Assembly (NCBI RefSeq): GCF_000189555.1
Contig: NC_017276.1
Strand: one strand, 5' to 3'
DNA from: Saccharolobus islandicus REY15A
Lineage (GTDB): Archaea; Thermoproteota; Thermoprotei_A; Sulfolobales; Sulfolobaceae
DNA: 64,000 nucleotides
The first letter of the stretch is position 1; each line of letters starts with the position of its first letter. The notes beneath the pieces are model-generated. The model did no database searches and was not told the DNA's origin. It was given only the letters and a program-made list of their open reading frames with translations. Positions 36,040 through 46,588 of the stretch are shown in pieces. Position numbers and translations under genes: made by a program.

Positions 36040-36788
36040 AGCTCGTATTTCCTCTCGTAACCTCTTGGTGTTATCATGTAATTTTTATAACTATAAGTTA
36101 GCGAATTTCCTATTATCATTGTAGTAGTCATACCTATCTCATTCATATGTTCTTTCCACGACGACAAGGTCGTTATTACTATGTTCTCATTATTCCTATA
36201 CGCACTCTTAACTAATCCCACTGGGGTATTCGGCTTCCTATGCTTTGAAACTATATCCATTACTTCTATTAATAAATTCTCATTAATTAAATTATAAAAT
36301 ACTATTACGAAGTCAGCCTCTGCAGCCTTGGTTACTTTATGTAAAATCTCCTCTCTTGGTATTAATAAATCACTTAGGCTTATTACGACGAAGTCGAGAG
36401 AAAGGGGGCTTCCTAGTCTAGCAGCAGCTGCTAATGCAGCAGTTACTCCAGGTATCACTTCAACGTCTAAATCCAATTTTCTTCTGGATATCAAGTCAAA
36501 TACTAAACCAGCCATTCCATAGACCTGTGGATCACCACTGGATACTAAGGCAACAATATTATCTGACTCTAAGGCTTTTTCTATTGCAGTGTTAGCCCTA
36601 AATATTTCCTCTTTCATTCTGGCTCCTATTACTTCCTTTTTTCCATCTAGGACGTCAGATATTAACCTTAAGTATGTATTATATCCAATTATTACGTTTG
36701 ACTTTTCCAAAACTTCTTGTGCCTTTATAGTTCTTTGTTCTTTTGATCCTGGTCCAATTCCTACAATGTATAATTTCCCCATTTTCAT
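36036..36788 (-). CDS. cbiH: Cobalt-precorrin-3B C17-methyltransferase
   Basis: [31 protein letters not shown]. Confidence 0.92.
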   Translation of the reverse strand: MKMGKLYIVGIGPGSKEQRTIKAQEVLEKSNVIIGYNTYLRLISDVLDGKKEVIGARMKEEIFRANTAIEKALESDNIVALVSSGDPQVYGMAGLVFDLISRRKLDLDVEVIPGVTAALAAAARLGSPLSLDFVVISLSDLLIPREEILHKVTKAAEADFVIVFYNLINENLLIEVMDIVSKHRKPNTPVGLVKSAYRNNENIVITTLSSWKEHMNEIGMTTTMIIGNSLTYSYKNYMITPRGYERKYEL

Positions 36789-37783
36789 CCCTCCATTGCC
36801 ATTTTAATAATCTCATTAATAATCGCCACTGCTATACCGCTTCCACCATAAGTCCCAGTTAATACTACAGATGGAATTTTACTCTCTATCAATGCTTCCT
36901 TGGACTCCTTGGCGTTTGTGAAACCTGGAGGTGTTGCTACTATAAATGGTATATCAACTCCTTGTTTAACCAATTTAATCGTTTCTATAAGTGCAGTCGG
37001 AGCGTTTCCTATAACCACCACTTTGCCACCTTGTCCAATTGATAACCTCATGGCAGCTGCGGCCCTAGTTATCCCCAATTCCTTTGATAACTCCTTCGTC
37101 CTTTCATCATCTATCATACAAGTAACCTTTTTCCATCTAATACCTACAGAGACCATTTTCACATCGGCTACGATTTCGCTTTCAGATCTTATTGCCTCAA
37201 TCCCCATATCCAAGTTGGTCACCTTCAAGTATTTTGCTACTTCTGGATTTCCAGATGCGAAAACGGCTTTTCCTATTACTCTTTTCTCCCTCGCATCTTT
37301 AACATCTAAATTTGGTAGAATATAGTTCATACTTCTCTCTTCTATCTCATAAGGATCCTCCGTGTATTCAAGAGTTGGAAGCGCATCTAATGCCCTTGCC
37401 AATCTGTAATATAGTGCCAATCCAATCAAGGGTGATGACGAAAGCGGTTCGGTAACGTAAAACTCCACTTCCTTTCCACTTATCTTACTTACCTCCCAAC
37501 TGTTCAACCTTTGGATTCCTAGCTCTCCCATGATGTCTCTAAAAACATGATTTCCTCTTCCTAGAAACACTAACCCTATTATTACTCTCCTATACCCTTC
37601 TTTAATGATCTCATTTAGTAGAGATCTCCAGTCAGGCTTGGCGAATTCGTTGTAAGTTAAGTATATAGGTATTGAGATTTTTTCCTTCAAGTAATTTATC
37701 ATTCCTTCAATATCACTATTATACGTCTCCCTTCTTGAACCATGACCTATTAACATTATTGCAGTATTGGATTGTCTATCCAC
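36785..37783 (-). CDS. cbiC: CbiX cobaltochelatase - CbiC precorrin-8X methylmutase fusion
   Basis: N-terminal GHGSR and GNHVFRDI (CbiX); C-terminal IGNAPTAL, PPGF, GGS (CbiC). Confidence 0.88.
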   Translation of the reverse strand: MDRQSNTAIMLIGHGSRRETYNSDIEGMINYLKEKISIPIYLTYNEFAKPDWRSLLNEIIKEGYRRVIIGLVFLGRGNHVFRDIMGELGIQRLNSWEVSKISGKEVEFYVTEPLSSSPLIGLALYYRLARALDALPTLEYTEDPYEIEERSMNYILPNLDVKDAREKRVIGKAVFASGNPEVAKYLKVTNLDMGIEAIRSESEIVADVKMVSVGIRWKKVTCMIDDERTKELSKELGITRAAAAMRLSIGQGGKVVVIGNAPTALIETIKLVKQGVDIPFIVATPPGFTNAKESKEALIESKIPSVVLTGTYGGSGIAVAIINEIIKMAMEG

Positions 37784-38210
37784 ATATTCATTTTCTTTAT
37801 CCAGTATTTAAGGATTGTTAATATACGTGCTTTGTTGAATACTTCAATTTTCTAAGATGTTAAGCTCATCAATTTTTCTTAAATTTAAAATCGAACGTCG
37901 ATTTAAAAGTAAGTTCCACGTTAACTCAGATAAAAATTGAACAAATCCACAAAGCATAATATACGCGTTCATAACTACCTCAAGGCTCCAACCAGATAAT
38001 ATTTTACAACCTTAGTTAATTCTAATATGGGAGTTAACGCATAGAACTTTATCCTTATCACGTTAATAAGTGATATCTACCGTTATAAGGAGAAAAATGG
38101 ATGACGAGGACCTAATTCAAAATAGAGTGATAATTGGATAGACTTGGTAGTTGTTATCCTTGTTTATAAAGTCAATTGAAATTCAAGTGAGTGTGGACAT
38201 AGTGTCGTCA

Positions 38211-38533
38211 TTAAGCTACAAATTCTGGGATTAACCTTCTCTCCAATAAGACTAGGGCTATGGAGTACATCATGGTACTAATGCTCCTATTTACTGCCTT
38301 CGTTGCTCTCTTGAATCTAATTAGCCTATCCCTTAATGAGGAATGAAAGGACTCGTTCGGGTTAACTGGCGAGACAACCGTGTGGTCTTTCAACCAGAAG
38401 TACAAGTTATAATCATCGCTCACCCATCTACCCTCGTCAAGCAAATACTTTTTGACCTCAAGGAAAGTACTCTCATCCCTATCCCCCACAGAGTAAATGA
38501 GGTAAACTCCCAGCTTCGTGTAAACGTAGCAAG
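38211..38533 (-). pseudogene. IS1 transposase, 3' fragment
   Basis: TCYVYTKLGVYLIYSVGDRDESTF...SDDY...NESFHSSLRDRL, the DDE region. Confidence 0.85.
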
Positions 38534-38556
38534 TGAAAACCTATATAGGTTTTATT

Positions 38557-38695
38557 AGTCGGGGAGAGTAATACTCTCCTCGACTGGGGAAACATGGTCG
38601 AAAGTAAAACTGAAGCAAAGTCTTCGGAAGTGGGCGTGACCAACCCCTACCGTCGGACTGAACATTGTGGAAAAATCCACCGATATAGGTGTGAC
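38557..38695 (+). ncRNA. Predicted IS110 bridge RNA
   Basis: 5' hairpin 38557-38585, then two loops of the form GTC..ACTGAA..hairpin..8-nt guide..GTGAC; the guides are complementary to the target flank and to the donor end. Confidence 0.65.
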
Positions 38696-39667
38696 AAAGG
38701 GGTAGGGGTAATAGGAATAGACGTATCAAAAGATCATTTAATTACAAGTAGGGGGAGGGTGAGAAAATACAAGAACAACAAGAAGGGTTATGAGGAAATC
38801 CTCAAGATGAAACCTTGTACAATAGTTTTAGAGCCCACTGGAGTTTACGCAATAAGGCCTTGCCAATACTTCAAGGAGAAAGGAATAAAAGTACTACAAG
38901 TTAGCCCAAACATACTATCGAGGGAGAAGGAGTTTAGGGGAAAGAAAACAGATTTTTACGACGCTGAAAAATTAGAAAATATGGTTGATAAGGCTAAGGA
39001 GTACGAGTATAACCCCTTAAGGGAATTGGTAACACTCTACCTCTTCCTAAAGGACATAGAAGTAAAGTATAGGAACAGGCTAAAGAGGGCACTATTCCTA
39101 GTAAGTGATAATGACAAGATAAGCAAGGAAAGGTTGGAAAAACTTGCAAAGGGAGATTTTACACAAGAAGAACTCTACCAACTTGAATACACACCAATAG
39201 TGCTTGAGGAGATCAAAGTCCTAGCAAAAACACTCCTAGAAACGCAAGAGAAATTGGAGGAGGTTAGGAGGATGATTGAGGAACAAGTTCCTCAAGATCA
39301 CGTTTTATTATCAATACCGGGTGTTGGGAAGCTTGCAGCTGGGGTTATTATTGGTATTGTTGGTGATATTAAGCGTTTTCCTAAACCGGAATCATTTATT
39401 GCTTATTGTGGTCTCGATCCTCTTGTTGAGAGGAGTGGGAAAGTTGTGGTAAGCAAGGGTATTTCGAAGAGGGGTAATAAGTACTTGCGTAGTTTGTTTT
39501 ACTTTTTGGCTGAGATGAATTACTCTAAAAACCCTACTTTGCTGAAGTTTTATGAAGCGCACAAGGATAGGCTTCAAGGTAAGAAGTTGTATACTGCATT
39601 GGCTAGGAAGTTGGCTAGGATTGTTTGGAGTGTTTGGTATAATAATAAGCCTTATGAGCCAAAGTGA
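38594..39667 (+). CDS. IS110 recombinase (DEDD + Tnp20)
   Basis: GIDVSK, LEPTG, KTDFYDA (D-E-D-D), SIPGVG, CGLDP, ARKLARI; true start uncertain. Confidence 0.93.
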   Translation: MVESKTEAKSSEVGVTNPYRRTEHCGKIHRYRCDKGVGVIGIDVSKDHLITSRGRVRKYKNNKKGYEEILKMKPCTIVLEPTGVYAIRPCQYFKEKGIKVLQVSPNILSREKEFRGKKTDFYDAEKLENMVDKAKEYEYNPLRELVTLYLFLKDIEVKYRNRLKRALFLVSDNDKISKERLEKLAKGDFTQEELYQLEYTPIVLEEIKVLAKTLLETQEKLEEVRRMIEEQVPQDHVLLSIPGVGKLAAGVIIGIVGDIKRFPKPESFIAYCGLDPLVERSGKVVVSKGISKRGNKYLRSLFYFLAEMNYSKNPTLLKFYEAHKDRLQGKKLYTALARKLARIVWSVWYNNKPYEPK

Positions 39668-39769
39668 TTGAAGTTCCCTCCCCCGAATCGCCACGTGGGT
39701 TGAAAGGACCCACGTGGCAATGTTAGTTGACACTATGCTTGAAGTTTGACCGAAAGGTTTATTACTGAA

Positions 39770-40164
39770 CGCCCACTTGTAAAAAGCCCTAGTATTCTTG
39801 TACAAGTAAGTCCACATCTCATCAACAACCTTAGCAACAACACCACCCTTGACCAGCTCCTTAGCCTTACCCCACAACTCAACTTCTGCCCACCATACCG
39901 CTTAATCCAAGTGAACACAGTACCCAAGGGGACATTCAAAACCCTAGAAATGGCTCTCATACTCATACCATTAGCATACATTTTTAAAGCCTCCTCCCTC
40001 AACTTCTTGGAATGATGATGGTAAGTAGCATCACCCAAGAAGTATCTACCGCAATCCCTACACAAATACCTCTGCCTACCCAAAGGCCTACCACACTTAA
40101 CAACATGATGACTACCACAAGAGGGACAAGAAACGTCTTGCCTAACTACAGCCTTCCTACCCAT
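39770..40164 (-). pseudogene. IS1 transposase, 5' fragment (frameshifted)
   Basis: CPSCGS..CRDC zinc finger, HTH GMSMRAISRVLNV; frame break after GGQK; resumes LWGKAK..VDEMWTY..FYKWAF. Confidence 0.85.
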
Positions 40165-40559
40165 AAGTAATACTCGTTATACAAATATAAATAGCTTAAC
40201 GACGACACTATCACCACACTCATTCAAGTTATTAGCACGAATAATCCAATATATTATATAAAAATGGATTATAAATCAAAATTTAGTACATAATATCCAG
40301 AAAACACCAAGAAATATCACGAATAGATTACTGTAAGCTATATCAATCTGAACTTGTGATGACCTAATTTGGTATACGTATTCATTATATATAGTGTTTC
40401 ATCAACGTATTTATCTAAATATCTTTAGTGATCATCGGTCTTAATTCAAATGAGGTTTGTTAATGTACTCAAGACCAGTTTTTGACAGTGGTTAAGCTAC
40501 TATATTTATAGTAGATTATTACTTATCAATTTATAGCGTAAAGCTTCTAATACTTGAAG

Positions 40560-40724
40560 TTAATTAACACACTGCTTCCATCCAAATCTCTCCTCGTACT
40601 GTTTTACTTTATCCATGGAAGTGGACTGGTTTTTGTCCAATGGTATTAATCCGATTATCTTATCTCCATCGTAAATATACATGAAGTACCTATCGTCTAC
40701 TACTACTAACCTATAGCAGAACAT
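40560..40724 (-). CDS. Putative 54-aa small protein
   Basis: ATG 17 nt after the radical SAM stop: MFCYRLVVVDDRYFMYIYDGDKIIGLIPLDKNQSTSMDKVKQYEERFGWKQCVN. Confidence 0.45.
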   Translation of the reverse strand: MFCYRLVVVDDRYFMYIYDGDKIIGLIPLDKNQSTSMDKVKQYEERFGWKQCVN

Positions 40725-40741
40725 TTTTTAATATATATTGT

Positions 40742-41776
40742 TTATCTTGATAATAAAAATTTGACAGGAATAGCGTTATAAAGATAGCTTGCCATGTTAT
40801 CTATTATTTTCTCTTTTACCATTTTTCCATTTGACCAGCTAAACAGTGAAGGCTCTAAATAACAAGCAAGAGCACAAGCGTTACAATTCTCATATTTCTC
40901 CCAAGCATAAGTATTCCATAATTTAACTATATTAACCTCCCAGACTTTATCAGTTCCACTATACTCATTTAGCACGTAGCAAGGGAGTACGATTCTACCT
41001 TGTGGGTCAATATTAATGGTCAACCAAGGTTTGCATTTCCATGGTATCTTATTATACCATGAGTTAACTATTGCTTCAAAGTAATCTGCAGATTCAACTA
41101 TGGGATAGCCCCTCTTCTTAAGCTCAATTATTAGCCTTAATGTATCGTAAAGTCTCCTCTTATCCGGACTTAACTTCTCAGCGGTAGAATAGTCGTACTC
41201 AACTTGTATACTAATATTAACATTAAGTTTTCGTGCAAGCTCAATTACATCCTTAACTTGATCCATATTTTCTCTGGTTATTGTAAAGCTAATCGCTACT
41301 GGTAAGTACTTCCTAGCCTCTTTTATACCTTCTACAGCCCTTTCAAAGGCGCCTGAAATTCCTCTAATTTTATCATGGACTTCGCCTATTCCATCTATTG
41401 ATACAAATAAGTAATCTAGATTTTCACTTATATTCTTGGCCCTATCTTTAAGGAGCCATCCATTTGTAACTAATGAAGTATAGAATCTATTGTAAGATTC
41501 CTCTAATATTTGCTCTAAATCTCTTCTCAGCAACGGCTCTCCACCCTCAAATCCCATAAAAAGAACTCCTGCTCTTTCTAAGGATTTCAACATCAAAACC
41601 TCTTCTTCTAAAGATAGTAATTTTTCATCTTTCCTTCTCCAAAAAGGGCACATTCTGCATCTTAAGTTGCACGTATATAACAACTTGTGTCCCCCAATCA
41701 GAGGTAATTTTCTAATTCCAAGCCCCAGAAGTGCCCTTTTTACGTTGCCTAATATCATAGGTTTTAAAGTTGACAC
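40742..41776 (-). CDS. Radical SAM protein with SPASM/twitch-like C-terminus (possibly PTO1314 family)
   Basis: CNLRCRMC, GGEPL, TNG, SIDG; C-terminal CKPW..LPCY..CNACALAC. Confidence 0.85.
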   Translation of the reverse strand: MSTLKPMILGNVKRALLGLGIRKLPLIGGHKLLYTCNLRCRMCPFWRRKDEKLLSLEEEVLMLKSLERAGVLFMGFEGGEPLLRRDLEQILEESYNRFYTSLVTNGWLLKDRAKNISENLDYLFVSIDGIGEVHDKIRGISGAFERAVEGIKEARKYLPVAISFTITRENMDQVKDVIELARKLNVNISIQVEYDYSTAEKLSPDKRRLYDTLRLIIELKKRGYPIVESADYFEAIVNSWYNKIPWKCKPWLTINIDPQGRIVLPCYVLNEYSGTDKVWEVNIVKLWNTYAWEKYENCNACALACYLEPSLFSWSNGKMVKEKIIDNMASYLYNAIPVKFLLSR

Positions 41777-41850
41777 ATTTAATCAATATACAAACGCATG
41801 TATTAATCTTTTGCGAAAAGTTAAATATCACAAATTTCGTTAGTCAAGTT

Positions 41851-42672
41851 ATGCCAACTGTGAAACTCACAAAGAACGTTATGATTATGACTGGGAGTCC
41901 AAATACATTAATTTATGACAATAGAGTTGTGATAGATCTGGGAGGAAAGAACTCCTCCCTAGATATAAACGCTGAACTTCAATTAGCCACGCATGGTCAC
42001 GCTGATCATATAGCTGGTTTATTAAAGAAAGACGCTAAAATAAGATATCTCCCTAAGGAGGATTACTGGTCATTAACTATAATGGGAAGAAGAACAATGA
42101 TTTATGGATGTAGCTCGAAGGATTCCGAAATTTTTACATTTGACTACGTTAAAGAGAATCTCGATTTTTTAAATGAGGAGGTCCGAGATTCGGAGATAGA
42201 AATGGTAAAATTGCCAGGACATACGCCAGGCCATAGCGGATACATAGTTGATAATATTCTATACGCAGGTGACGCGTTTTTTGGTGAGAAAGTACTAGAG
42301 AATTTCTCAGTTCCCTTTTATACTGATTTCTGGGTTGCTTTAGAATCGCTGGATAAAGTTAAAGAACTAGCAAAGAGTGTTGATAATATAGTAATAAGTC
42401 ATGGCCCAGTTTACACTAATAAGAATAAGATGGTCTCAATTTTAGAGAGTAATATCACTTATGCCCAAAAGTTGATAGGAAAAATCTTAGACCTATTGTC
42501 AAGTAGTGAGCTTACAGTGGAGGAGATTGTGGTCAAGTTAAAGCAAGATTTAACACCAGCTAATTTGTTGTTAAATTCAGTTGTTGTGAGATCAATATTA
42601 CTTGGGTTAGAGAATATTGAGTATAGTGTATCTCAAAAAGGTTTAGTTTTTAGAAGAAAGATTCATTACTAA
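41851..42672 (+). CDS. MBL-fold metallo-hydrolase
   Basis: THGHADH, PGHTPG, AGD, SHGP; probable start MPTVKL. Confidence 0.88.
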   Translation: MPTVKLTKNVMIMTGSPNTLIYDNRVVIDLGGKNSSLDINAELQLATHGHADHIAGLLKKDAKIRYLPKEDYWSLTIMGRRTMIYGCSSKDSEIFTFDYVKENLDFLNEEVRDSEIEMVKLPGHTPGHSGYIVDNILYAGDAFFGEKVLENFSVPFYTDFWVALESLDKVKELAKSVDNIVISHGPVYTNKNKMVSILESNITYAQKLIGKILDLLSSSELTVEEIVVKLKQDLTPANLLLNSVVVRSILLGLENIEYSVSQKGLVFRRKIHY

Positions 42673-42949
42673 AAACATAGTGTTATAGTTTCTGATTGCT
42701 GTTTAATTGTTATTATAACTCAGATGGTTCATAGATTGTCTTACCATAAAAATATATTTTTGGATGAATCGATCTTAGAACGTTTTCATCAGGTATTTAC
42801 CTGAAATAAAATAACTTTTATTGTAAAATATATCTCTAGTTGCAAAGTAACTACTGCGATGTTCATTTGCTATAAAGCATAACTGGCGTAATATTCGGTA
42901 TCATTAAAGTAATTTTAGGTAAATATATGATATGGTTAATACCGATCCG

Positions 42950-44371
42950 TCAAGTTGTTTGTAATAAACCCGATGGCGATACCAACTCCTTAAATATGTT
43001 TCCGGTTAATATGAGAACTATATGATAGCTTATTGAGCTTAATATTATCAGTATTCCAATAAAATATAGACTAACATAAAGCGATTTGCCATATGCCAAT
43101 GTAATCGCAATTCCATTAGTGAAGCTCAATATTAATAATATAATTAGAAATATTCGTGATATCATATCAATATTAACTTCAGAGAAACTAAATACTGTAG
43201 ATACGTTCTGGGTTGAAAATATATTATTTAGCATACCAACTATCGATATTAGTGCAGCAGATACCCCTGCTGAAGCTGTTTGCAGTGCATATATTGATGT
43301 TTCAAAAGCTCTTCCATTTTGCTCTTTTCTAGATCTTATGTTCAGAACCGAATCACCTATTTTACTTAGAATCTCTCCAATTATCATGACATTTCCTCCC
43401 ATACTTATCGTTTCATATAGTACTTTGCTTAACATGCTCACCAATACGCTTCCGCTTTCATCTCCTATCAATCTAAATATTTTTTCCTTATTGATGCCGA
43501 AGTTTAATCTATTTAGCGATCTTTTGATTAAAGGTTTTACGTCTCCTAAATCCCCCCTTAGTACTGCCATCAGAGACTCTTTTAAGTTGCTTACTATCGC
43601 ATAATTTCTCGAAAAGTACCTAATAAAAAGTAAGAAATGCCTCTCTATTCTATTAATCTTATTTTCATATATTCTATACCTAAGACCAACTCCTAATAGA
43701 ACTATACCAGTTACCATTAAAACTATATATGAAGTATATATTATTGAAAATATTATTGAAAGAGATATTGCTAATGTCAGAAGAAGTTTATCTATAACGT
43801 TGTACCTAATGTAATTTTCTGGTCTATATAAGAGATACATAACTAATGTTAAATTTCCTAGAAGTGCTAAGGATAAGATAGTAAGCTGTGTTATTAGAGT
43901 AGTTCCTCCACTATAAATTAATGATAAAATTGTAATGTCAGCTACTAAAAAGGTAAGGGAGCTATTTAATGTAGCATAGATTGTAAGAAAATTATTCATT
44001 GATTCTATTAACCTAGCAGAATAAGCATTGTATTCAGATAATGTAAAATCAATTTCTCTTGACAAGGACTCTATCATGTCATCACCAAAAGTTACTGCTT
44101 GTGATAATCTTATTAAGAATTCTTTCAAGTATCTAATGTTGAGGTTCTTTATGCTGTAGGTTATTGCAGATGAGAATTTATATCTATACCCAGAAACTAA
44201 ATTTCTTATTTTTTTGAAAACTTTGGTATATGGTTCAAAGGTGTCCTCCCTACTTAAATGCAATATAACGATTTCTGGTGGCACCCCCGAGGAAAATAAC
44301 GCAAGCATAAAAGCTAACATAAAAATATATTTAGAGTCTACTTCATTTTTTATACTAAATATTCTTGGCAT
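42950..44371 (-). CDS. arlJ: Archaellum platform membrane protein
   Basis: Polytopic TadB/GspF-like protein, last gene of the arl operon. Confidence 0.9.
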   Translation of the reverse strand: MPRIFSIKNEVDSKYIFMLAFMLALFSSGVPPEIVILHLSREDTFEPYTKVFKKIRNLVSGYRYKFSSAITYSIKNLNIRYLKEFLIRLSQAVTFGDDMIESLSREIDFTLSEYNAYSARLIESMNNFLTIYATLNSSLTFLVADITILSLIYSGGTTLITQLTILSLALLGNLTLVMYLLYRPENYIRYNVIDKLLLTLAISLSIIFSIIYTSYIVLMVTGIVLLGVGLRYRIYENKINRIERHFLLFIRYFSRNYAIVSNLKESLMAVLRGDLGDVKPLIKRSLNRLNFGINKEKIFRLIGDESGSVLVSMLSKVLYETISMGGNVMIIGEILSKIGDSVLNIRSRKEQNGRAFETSIYALQTASAGVSAALISIVGMLNNIFSTQNVSTVFSFSEVNIDMISRIFLIILLILSFTNGIAITLAYGKSLYVSLYFIGILIILSSISYHIVLILTGNIFKELVSPSGLLQTT

Positions 44372-45896
44372 ATCTTATCTCCTCTTCTATACCAAATTGT
44401 CTAGTCCTTAATATTTGATTCCATACGTCAAAATAATTAAAAATTTTTTTACTTATAAGTATTTTTAGAAACTCAGCTCTTAAGTTTAATTCGTCATAAA
44501 GAATTCCTATATTTTTACGTTCGATTCCTCTTTTAATTGCAACCTTATTTTCTATAAGATAAGAAGCTCCTCTTCCAGCAAAAATTATCTTATCTTCTGC
44601 AGGATCATATGTAAATGCTGGTATATAGACTACGTCATTAGTAACAGGGTCTATATCTATTATTTCATCAACTTCCACTACTCTTCTTATCAAATTGCCC
44701 TTTTTATCATATAATGCAGTCTGAAATAGTGCTATGTTAAGGTTATTAATATAACTTTTAGGTACTTCTATAGGATAACCAGTAAGCCTTTGAACAAGTG
44801 TTCTTATATTTGCTGCATGAAAGGTAGCCATAACTGAATGTCCAGTTTGCATTGCTTGGAATGCTACATTACCTTCTCTATCTCTAATTTCTCCGACTAG
44901 AATATAATTAGGTCTTTGCCTTAAAGCGGCTTTAAGTAAGTCGAATAACTTTACACTACCCTCACCGCCTGTTTCTCTAGTCACTTCTGCTACCCAATTT
45001 GAATGAGGTACCGTAAGTTCCGGTGTATCTTCTATTGTTACTATTTTTAAATTAGGAGGAATGAAAGCGGTAATTGCATTAAGTGTAGTTGTTTTTCCGG
45101 ATGCAGTCTCTCCACATACGAACAAGTTCATACCCTCGTCTAACATCATCCATATATACGCTGCTAGAAGTGGGGACAAGGTACCGAATGAGATCAATTG
45201 AGTTACACTAATTGGTATTTTACTGAATTTTCTTACAGTCAAATTAGAACCTCTTCTACTTATATCAATTCCATAAACGAAGTTTACTCTTGATCCATCT
45301 GGTAAGCTTGCATCAATTATTGGTCTGTTATGAGATACTGGTCTATATGTTTTCTCACTTAAAGAAATAATTAGATTATCAAGTTCCTCTTCGTTCTCGA
45401 TTAACAATGAGGTTCTCATAGGACCGAATACCTTATGCACAATGTAAATGTGACCTAAGCCTGGAATCGATATATCCTCGATAAATGGATCCCTAATTAA
45501 CGGTTCTAATATGCTTAAATACAATTTATCTCTTATAAAATGATATATTGCGTATTCCTTTGGTACGGATATTCTTATCTTGCTTAGTATTTTATCTAAA
45601 GCTTTCCGCATAAGTATCTCCTTTTCTTCAACAGCAATTGGTGGTTCCACATTACTAATGGCTTTTGCGAATTTCTCTTCTATTTCTTCTATTTCTTTAG
45701 GTTTTGGTCTTGGTGGTTCAATCACTGTATATTGGTTATAACCATCTTCTGCCTTTGTACTCTGAACATGGATGTAAATATATTTATCGACCTTATAAAT
45801 TGCATTATAATTCTTACTACCTTTCAGTTTATTTGGGTCATCGATAATTACTGGTTTTTCCGGGAATCTAGATAAGTAATCTTCTATGAAGCTCAT
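44355..45896 (-). CDS. arlI: Archaellum motor ATPase
   Basis: [38 protein letters not shown]. Confidence 0.95.
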   Translation of the reverse strand: MSFIEDYLSRFPEKPVIIDDPNKLKGSKNYNAIYKVDKYIYIHVQSTKAEDGYNQYTVIEPPRPKPKEIEEIEEKFAKAISNVEPPIAVEEKEILMRKALDKILSKIRISVPKEYAIYHFIRDKLYLSILEPLIRDPFIEDISIPGLGHIYIVHKVFGPMRTSLLIENEEELDNLIISLSEKTYRPVSHNRPIIDASLPDGSRVNFVYGIDISRRGSNLTVRKFSKIPISVTQLISFGTLSPLLAAYIWMMLDEGMNLFVCGETASGKTTTLNAITAFIPPNLKIVTIEDTPELTVPHSNWVAEVTRETGGEGSVKLFDLLKAALRQRPNYILVGEIRDREGNVAFQAMQTGHSVMATFHAANIRTLVQRLTGYPIEVPKSYINNLNIALFQTALYDKKGNLIRRVVEVDEIIDIDPVTNDVVYIPAFTYDPAEDKIIFAGRGASYLIENKVAIKRGIERKNIGILYDELNLRAEFLKILISKKIFNYFDVWNQILRTRQFGIEEEIRYAKNI

Positions 45897-45898
45897 GG

Positions 45899-46588
45899 TT
45901 AAGCCCTCGATAGGGAGAGTGGTACGACTTTAACTCCTAGAGCAGGATCTATATCAAATGAAATAGCATCAGCTCCTTGTATACCACCTATCGTTTTAAT
46001 TCTCTCTAGGACCTTTATTCTTCTTCCCCCTATGCTTGTTGCAGAAAGTTTAAAATAAACGTCAACTATACTTGTGATTCTACTCTTTAGTTCCTCATTA
46101 AACACATCTGGGTGGACGGTAAATAATATAAGCTTTCCTAGATCAACTAACACTCTAGCATCTTTCATAAATTGTAAGATTTGTTTTATTTCTGCGAACG
46201 TTGCTACTATTGACAAACTATCAATAATAACGAAGTCCATGTTCTTCCTCTTTTTTATAAAGTCTATGATAACTTCAAGTATTTTATTCGCTAAGGTCGA
46301 ATTCCAATTAAATCTATTCGTATTTAACGGGGCAATTCCCAAGACACCTTTTAAGAAAAATGGTATCAGATTTATCTTTACATCTTTCATCTTTTTCAAA
46401 TAGTCTTTGCTAGTTTGTTCTGTAGTTATTACATAACCCTTTTTCCCACCTATTAGTAGTCCATAACAAAATTGTGCAGATAGAACGCTTTTACCAGTTC
46501 CATGATCTCCCTCAATCATAATCAGTGCAGGGAATGGTATACCAGATAATCTTCTATCTAAATCTTCATTTCCAGTTTTTATTATCAT
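45899..46588 (-). CDS. arlH: Archaellum RecA/KaiC-like ATPase
   Basis: [36 protein letters not shown]. Confidence 0.95.
   Translation of the reverse strand: MIIKTGNEDLDRRLSGIPFPALIMIEGDHGTGKSVLSAQFCYGLLIGGKKGYVITTEQTSKDYLKKMKDVKINLIPFFLKGVLGIAPLNTNRFNWNSTLANKILEVIIDFIKKRKNMDFVIIDSLSIVATFAEIKQILQFMKDARVLVDLGKLILFTVHPDVFNEELKSRITSIVDVYFKLSATSIGGRRIKVLERIKTIGGIQGADAISFDIDPALGVKVVPLSLSRA

Larger units (their letters stand above)
38538..39769 (+). mobile_element. IS110-family element (1232 bp; ISC1190/ISC1229-like)
   Basis: Bounded by TGAA at 38534-38537 and 39766-39769; removing it restores the IS1 frame WAFTCY; no TIRs. Confidence 0.9.
38189..40221 (-). mobile_element. IS1-family element (ISC796-like), split by an IS110 insertion
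   Basis: 30-bp imperfect TIRs GAGTGTGG(AC/TG)ATAGTGTCGTC(A/G)TTAAGCTA; 8-bp direct repeat ATTCAAGT at 38181-38188 and 40222-40229; about 800 bp after removing the insert. Confidence 0.88.

Noticed and set aside
37784-38188. Cobalamin riboswitch upstream of the cbi operon
   Set aside because: AT-rich with no B12-box or GGGAA core elements.
39392-39877. 161-aa minus-strand ORF
   Set aside because: Chimeric read-through from IS1 sequence into the antisense strand of the IS110; not a gene.
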